From the NCBI GenBank assembly GCA_900769815.1, contig CAAGID010000037.1, positions 13,115 to 77,114 of the forward strand: DNA of 64,000 nucleotides, read 5' to 3'. Position numbers and translations under genes: made by a program. The notes beneath the pieces are model-generated. The model did no database searches, had not been told where the DNA came from, and saw only the letters and a list, made by a program, of their open reading frames with translations. Positions 59,245-64,000 of this stretch are shown in pieces; positions within the stretch are counted from its first letter, which is position 1, and each line of letters opens with the position of its first letter. Origin of the DNA: Clostridia bacterium (GTDB lineage Bacteria; Bacillota; Clostridia; Christensenellales; QALW01).

Positions 59245-60249
59245 TTACTTAGTTTTCTTTTTCTTAACAACAATAGCTGCAACAACGCCGCCTGCGATAA
59301 CAACTGCTTCAATAATAGCTACTATAAGGATTGCGGGAGAACCGCTATTGGCTGAATCATCAGAGGGAGCTTTTGTTGCAGTAGCAGTAGCTGTTGCGGT
59401 AGGAGTAGCTGTTGCCGTAGCTGTAGCTGTTGCCGTAGCTGTAGCTGTTGCGGTAGGAGTAGCTGTTGCCGTAGGAGTAGCTGTTGCGGTAGGCGTAGTA
59501 GGAGCTTCTGTAGGAGTAACAGGAGTCACTGTAGGAGTAGCAGGAGCTTTTGTAGGAGTAGCAGGAGCTTTTGTAGGAACAACAGGGGTTTTAGTGGGTT
59601 CGGCTTCAGGTTCAGCAACAGTTAATGATAAGTTTCTGAACTGAAGGGATTGAATGCTTCTGTGCATAGAATTCTTGTCGAGGCAAAGGTTCCATGCAGT
59701 TACACAATCATTATTTATATGTGGTGCATAAAGGGTAAGTGTTGTAGTAACAAGAGCCCAATCGGAATCTTTTATTTCAACCATTGTACCGGCATACCGC
59801 ATAATGTTACCGCCATCGTTAGAGAAGAAGGGAGCTTCGCCGTCAAGAGTTTCACAATAAGCATTATTCCAATCATCTGCATCTGAAAATCCGTAGAGAC
59901 CGTTTTCGCCTCTCAAAATAAGACGTGCGGTACCGGATGATCCTTTACTGCTGGCAAAAAAAGTTGCACGTAATTCAAATGAAATTGTAACAGTAAGTTC
60001 ATATTTATTACCAAGAGCCGCTTTAAGTGCGGGAAGAATGTCAACAACAGGAGAAGACCATTCGTCGGGGAAACCTGTAACGGTTGTAACACCGTTAGAT
60101 TCTGTTATGCTCGATATACCAAAAGCACAAGCTACATGAGCTTTTTCCCATTTGGCGTCTTCTGCGTAGTTTTTAGGTGCTGCAAGTGCGGGAATAGCCA
60201 TAGTGAAAACTATTGCTAAAGCCAGTAACATAGTGAGAAACTTTTTCAT
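59245..60249 (-). CDS. Tail-anchored secreted protein, paralogue 1 (CBM-like beta-sandwich N-domain, Thr/Pro/Ala repeats, C-terminal TM plus KKKKTK)
   Basis: Signal peptide MKKFLTMLLALAIVF. High identity by eye to ORF 60732..61682 over the N-domain. (TA)n/(TP)n low-complexity region. No LPXTG motif. Confidence 0.7.
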   Translation of the reverse strand: MKKFLTMLLALAIVFTMAIPALAAPKNYAEDAKWEKAHVACAFGISSITESNGVTTVTGFPDEWSSPVVDILPALKAALGNKYELTVTISFELRATFFASSKGSSGTARLILRGENGLYGFSDADDWNNAYCETLDGEAPFFSNDGGNIMRYAGTMVEIKDSDWALVTTTLTLYAPHINNDCVTAWNLCLDKNSMHRSIQSLQFRNLSLTVAEPEAEPTKTPVVPTKAPATPTKAPATPTVTPVTPTEAPTTPTATATPTATATPTATATATATATATATATPTATATATATKAPSDDSANSGSPAILIVAIIEAVVIAGGVVAAIVVKKKKTK

Positions 60250-60392
60250 TGTCTGAAATTCCTTTCTAAAATAAAGTTTTATGTTTCGTTTATTCGGATA
60301 TCACAATTTCACAAAAATGCACAGAATATATCACAAATCGGTGCAAAAATCGAAATAGAAATCTAAATGACTATCACACTATGCAAAGCATA

Positions 60393-60600
60393 TCACAAAC
60401 TGAAGATATTTGTCAACAGTAAAATCTTTATTAATTTTATTGAAAATTAAAATTTTTTTTAATTTATTTTGTCTTGAGACATTTTTTTTTGTTTTTTTTT
60501 ATTTTCTGCCAGAATCATAAAACGATAGTATTGCGTATTGTTGACTGCAAAGAGGTCGGTAAATTTACTTTTATTCTTTGGTTAAGTGGCAGATATGAAC
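60393..60600 (-). pseudogene. Decayed duplicate of the 3-prime end of the AlaX-like gene
   Basis: Aligns with 61826-62060 (tcacaaactgaagatatttgtcaacagtaaa... versus tcataaaccgaagatatttgtcaacagtaaa...). Interrupted by T-homopolymers and indels. No ORF of 60 aa or more. Confidence 0.6.
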
Positions 60601-60731
60601 GATTTAATTTATCAATGCCAGTATAGATGAATTGAAGAAATGGCTGGGCATAAATTTAAAATATCGCAGATTTTATATAAAAAAATACCGATGAGGAATT
60701 CATCGGTATTTTAGTTTGCTATTTTCGAAAA

Positions 60732-61682
60732 TTACTTAGATTTCTTTTTCTTAATAACGATAACTGCAACAACGCAACCAGCGATAACAACTGCTGCAAT
60801 AATAGCTGCTATAAGAATTGCAGGAGAACCACCTTCATCGTCGTTAGCGGGAGCTTCTGTAGCAGTAGCAGTAGCAGTAGCTTTTGCTGTAGCTGTAGCT
60901 TTTGCTGTAGGAGCGGTTGTAGCGGTAGCGGTAGCTGTTGCATCTGCAGCAGGAGCATCTGTGGGATTAGCAGGAGCTTCTGTAGGATCAGCTGGAGCTA
61001 CTGTAGGAGTAGGATCAGCAGGAGCTTCTGTGGGTTCAGCTTCAGGTTCAGCAACGGTTACTGATAAGTTTCTGAACTGAAGGGACTGGAGATCTTTATA
61101 TGCAGAGTTCTTATCAACGCAAAGATTCCATGCTTTTACGCAATCATTATTAATCTGTGTTGCATAAAGGGTAATTGTTGTAGTAACAAAAGACCAATCG
61201 GAATCTGTTACTTCAGCCATTACACCGGCATACTGTAAGATATTACCGGAATCGTTATTGAAGAAGGGAGCTTCGCCGTCAAGAGCTTCGTAATAAGCTT
61301 CATTCCAAGCATCCTGATTGTCAGCACCGGCAAGATCGGGGAGACCGTTTACACCTCTGAAAATAACACGTGCGGTACCGGAGATTCCTTCATTGCCGGC
61401 TGTAGCAGTTGCACGCATTTCAAATGAAATTGTAACAGTAAGTTCATCTCCGTTACCAAGAGCTGATTTAAGCGCAGGAAGAACGTCAACAACAGGAGAA
61501 GACCATTCGTACCATTTTTCGCTTGTAGCGGTTGCAACACCGTTAGCTACGGTTACTTCCTTAACATTGGGACCTACTTTCCATTGAGCGTCCTTTGCAT
61601 GATTTACAGGTGCTGCAAGTGTGGGGATTGCCATAGCAAAAACAATTGCTAAAGCGAGTAACATAGTGAGAAATTTTTTCAT
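60732..61682 (-). CDS. Tail-anchored secreted protein, paralogue 2
   Basis: Same architecture as 59245..60249. C-terminus SPAILIAAIIAAVVIAGCVVAVIVIKKKKSK. Confidence 0.7.
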   Translation of the reverse strand: MKKFLTMLLALAIVFAMAIPTLAAPVNHAKDAQWKVGPNVKEVTVANGVATATSEKWYEWSSPVVDVLPALKSALGNGDELTVTISFEMRATATAGNEGISGTARVIFRGVNGLPDLAGADNQDAWNEAYYEALDGEAPFFNNDSGNILQYAGVMAEVTDSDWSFVTTTITLYATQINNDCVKAWNLCVDKNSAYKDLQSLQFRNLSVTVAEPEAEPTEAPADPTPTVAPADPTEAPANPTDAPAADATATATATTAPTAKATATAKATATATATEAPANDDEGGSPAILIAAIIAAVVIAGCVVAVIVIKKKKSK

Positions 61683-61825
61683 TTTTTAAAATTCCTTTCT
61701 AAAATAAAATTTTATGTTCCGTTTATTCGGATATCACAATTTCACAAAATGCACAGAATATGTGACAAAACGGTGCAATAAGTGAAATCAGAAATCTAAA
61801 TAACTATCACACTACGCAAAGTATA

Positions 61826-62968
61826 TCATAAACCGAAGATATTTGTCAACAGTAAATTTTTATTAATTTCATTAAAAATTAAATTTTTTGTTGAATTTAT
61901 TTTGCCTTGAAGCATATTATCTCTGCCGCCGCCGGAGGCATTCAGTTTTTCTCTTAAGAATTCTTTTGTTTTGGAAAAATTTTCTGTCAAAATCATAAAG
62001 CGGTAGCCTTCCGTATCGTTGCCTGCAAAAGCTGCTGAAAAACGAGGGAATTTCTCGTTTAGCAGGTTTACTGCATCCTTTAACAAATCAGGAGAATCAA
62101 CAAAAACAATGGGAGATTCTGCAGTTTTTAACGTGTTTTTTAAAATTTCAAGCTTTAAGCCTGTATTTTCATGCTGCAAATCATTTATTTTTGCCATCAG
62201 TTTTTCAACGCCCTCAAAGGTGTTTTCGGGAGGGAGAGACAAAAGGGCAGAAAGTTTTTTTAAGGTTTTATGGTAAGTATTTAAGGTTTCAAAGGCAAAG
62301 AGGCCGCTTTTTAATTCTATGTGAACACCGCCTTTATATTTCTGCATTGCCATAATTTTTATTAAACCGACCTCAGAAGTGTTCTTTACGTGAGGTGCAC
62401 AGCAAGCACAAAGGTCGATACCCTCAATTTCGACAAGACGCACGTTTTCCTTTAAATCAAGCTTACTGCGGTAAGTATAGTCTTCGGGATTTTCAGGATA
62501 CCAGGCTTTGATTTCACGTGCTTCTGCAGATTTTTTGTTGGCAAGAAATTCTATTTCTTCAATTTCCTCTTGAGTAATTGGCCCGTTATAATCCATTGTA
62601 ACGATATTATCGCCTAAGTGAAAGCCTACGTTATCATAGCCGAATTTTTTAAAAACAAGCCCCGAAATTATATGCTCGGCGGTATGATTCTGCATTTTAT
62701 AAAAGCGTTCGTCCCAGTTTATAACGCCTTTTACCATAGCGCCCACTTCAATAGGTGTATGAGTAAAGTGGTATATTTTATTATCTATTTCCTGAACACA
62801 AAAGACTTCAATATTATTTAACGTGCCTGTATCGCTTTTCTGTCCTCCGCCTTCGGGGAAGAAGGCGGTATCCTCAAGCTCAATAAGATACATTCCTTTT
62901 TTTTCCTTTAAAGAAATAACGGTTGTGGTAAATTCCTTTATATAACTGTTAATATCAAATAATCTCAT
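61826..62968 (-). CDS. Alanyl-tRNA editing protein (AlaX-L-like, tRNA_SAD plus DHHA1-like)
   Basis: HTAEHIISG and CCAPHV zinc motifs. 380 aa. Confidence 0.75.
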   Translation of the reverse strand: MRLFDINSYIKEFTTTVISLKEKKGMYLIELEDTAFFPEGGGQKSDTGTLNNIEVFCVQEIDNKIYHFTHTPIEVGAMVKGVINWDERFYKMQNHTAEHIISGLVFKKFGYDNVGFHLGDNIVTMDYNGPITQEEIEEIEFLANKKSAEAREIKAWYPENPEDYTYRSKLDLKENVRLVEIEGIDLCACCAPHVKNTSEVGLIKIMAMQKYKGGVHIELKSGLFAFETLNTYHKTLKKLSALLSLPPENTFEGVEKLMAKINDLQHENTGLKLEILKNTLKTAESPIVFVDSPDLLKDAVNLLNEKFPRFSAAFAGNDTEGYRFMILTENFSKTKEFLREKLNASGGGRDNMLQGKINSTKNLIFNEINKNLLLTNIFGL

Positions 62969-62970
62969 AA

Positions 62971-63735
62971 TTACTCCTCATTCTTCTTTCTGTACGCCTT
63001 CGGCGACATATTATGGTATTTTGAAAAAATGCGTGAAAACTGCAGAACGTCATCATAGCCTACTGCGTGTGCTATTTCAGTAATTGGGTATGAGGTTCTT
63101 AATAAAAACTCAGCACGCTCCATTTTTAAATTCATAAGATACTTCTGGGGCGAAAGACCTGTTTTTGAGTAAAACAGATTTCTTAGATACGCTCTTGAGA
63201 TACCCAAGTACCTTGCACATTCATCAACGGTAATACCAAGATGATAATTGTTTTTAAAAAAGGAGATAGCTTGCGTTACGTAGCTTTCATTATTTCCGTT
63301 TTTCGTGATTTCGCTGAAAACCTCAAATAAAATTCCAAGACAACGCATTTCATCAGTATTGGGATTTTCGTTTTCGGTAATTTTTCTTATTGCACTGATA
63401 TTGCGGGCAAGGTCAAACTCAAATACACCGTCATTTAAGGGAATGTTTTTAATAAGCTCATTTGCACCTTCGCCCTTTATGTTTATCCAGGAATAAGTCC
63501 AAGGGTCATTTTTATCGGGAATATAATCGCAAAGTACGTCTTTTTTGCATATAAAGCCTTGACCTTTTTTTAAAAGTCTGCCGTTGAAGTAGCCGCAGCC
63601 CGATTGGATAAAGTGTATCATATTTGAATTGGGAATAAGCTTTGTACGCTCTTTTGTGCTCTTACAGACGTCACGTCCGAAGCCTGTTAAAATAATTTCT
63701 TTGATAATAATCACCTCTATATATGATTTTACCAT
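62971..63735 (-). CDS. AraC family transcriptional regulator
   Basis: C-terminal dual HTH ARYLGISRAYLRNLF...ITEIAHAVGYDDVLQFSRIFSKY. The start codon is uncertain. Confidence 0.8.
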   Translation of the reverse strand: MVKSYIEVIIIKEIILTGFGRDVCKSTKERTKLIPNSNMIHFIQSGCGYFNGRLLKKGQGFICKKDVLCDYIPDKNDPWTYSWINIKGEGANELIKNIPLNDGVFEFDLARNISAIRKITENENPNTDEMRCLGILFEVFSEITKNGNNESYVTQAISFFKNNYHLGITVDECARYLGISRAYLRNLFYSKTGLSPQKYLMNLKMERAEFLLRTSYPITEIAHAVGYDDVLQFSRIFSKYHNMSPKAYRKKNEE

Positions 63736-63804
63736 ATAAACCTATGCTTTTGCAATGTTTTTTTGTATGATTTTGTGATATTATTATCCTTGAGGTGATA
63801 AATT

Positions 63805-64000
63805 ATGAGAATTTACAAGAATCAAATAGTTAAATCAGACGTATCAATGGCAATAAATACGCCGAGAGAATTGCAGAATCCCCAGATTTTACATATGAAC
63901 AGGTTAGCACCCCGTGCAACGGTTGTGCCTGCAGGGGAGAAGGGCGTATACTATAATAATAAGGAAAAATCGGACAGATTGTTTTCCTTGAACGGCGATT
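63805..64000 (+). CDS. Glycoside hydrolase family 2 (beta-galactosidase-like), N-terminal fragment running off the window
   Basis: RELQNPQILHMNRLAPRATVVP resembles the LacZ-type N-terminus. RBS gaggtga. Confidence 0.55.
   Translation, partial: MRIYKNQIVKSDVSMAINTPRELQNPQILHMNRLAPRATVVPAGEKGVYYNNKEKSDRLFSLNGD

Noticed and set aside
59348-59644. 98-aa ORF encoding AVAVAV... on the plus strand
   Set aside because: It is the antisense reading of the Thr/Ala codon repeats of the real minus-strand gene, so it is an artefact of the repeat periodicity. The same applies to 61318..61587 and 61349..61540.

Overview
64-kb chromosomal window from a low-GC, spore-forming anaerobic Firmicute (Clostridia). 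Markers are spo0A, CIRCE-groESL, nfeD-floA and a flavodiiron/desulfoferrodoxin/rubredoxin operon. Dockerin- and cohesin-like surface proteins hint at a Ruminococcaceae/Oscillospiraceae-like organism, but the taxon is inference only. Positions ~460-16,640 form a composite, visibly AT-richer accessory region ending at an initiator tRNA-Met gene. It has three parts. (i) An 8.7-kb cassette bounded by a perfect 22-bp inverted repeat. It carries a small serine recombinase, a 2,067-aa dockerin-bearing repeat adhesin whose leader contains a strong terminator, and a tail-anchored cohesin-like protein. (ii) A ~4.5-kb integrative/replicative module with a RepA_N-like gene, an AT-only palindromic putative origin, three diverged paralogues of an unknown small protein, and a tyrosine integrase. 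(iii) Directly beside the tRNA, an orphan two-gene operon with its own consensus promoter: a 2-TM/helical-repeat/Cys-cluster protein plus a TIGR02391 (Hypoth_Ymh)-like domain protein. I rate (iii) the best candidate for an undescribed defence-type system. The remaining ~47 kb is mostly core: TRAP-TAXI transporter, CDF/TetR, glgA, upp plus permease, polyol dehydrogenases, IMPDH-family, glyA, PBP1A, oxidative-stress operon, nadE, a polysaccharide locus, a sugar ABC ATPase, an AlaX-like gene, and AraC plus the start of a GH2 gene. Other notable items: a ~200-bp structured repeat family sitting at the 3-prime ends of three genes, with compensatory stem changes; a hairpin-dense 380-bp spacer after rubredoxin; a translationally coupled PqqD-like/S24-S26 peptidase pair; and a ~1.45-kb tandem segmental duplication of a tail-anchored surface-protein gene that also copied and decayed the 3-prime end of the neighbouring gene. 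All domain calls were made by eye from the translations. No database searches, folding or statistics were run.
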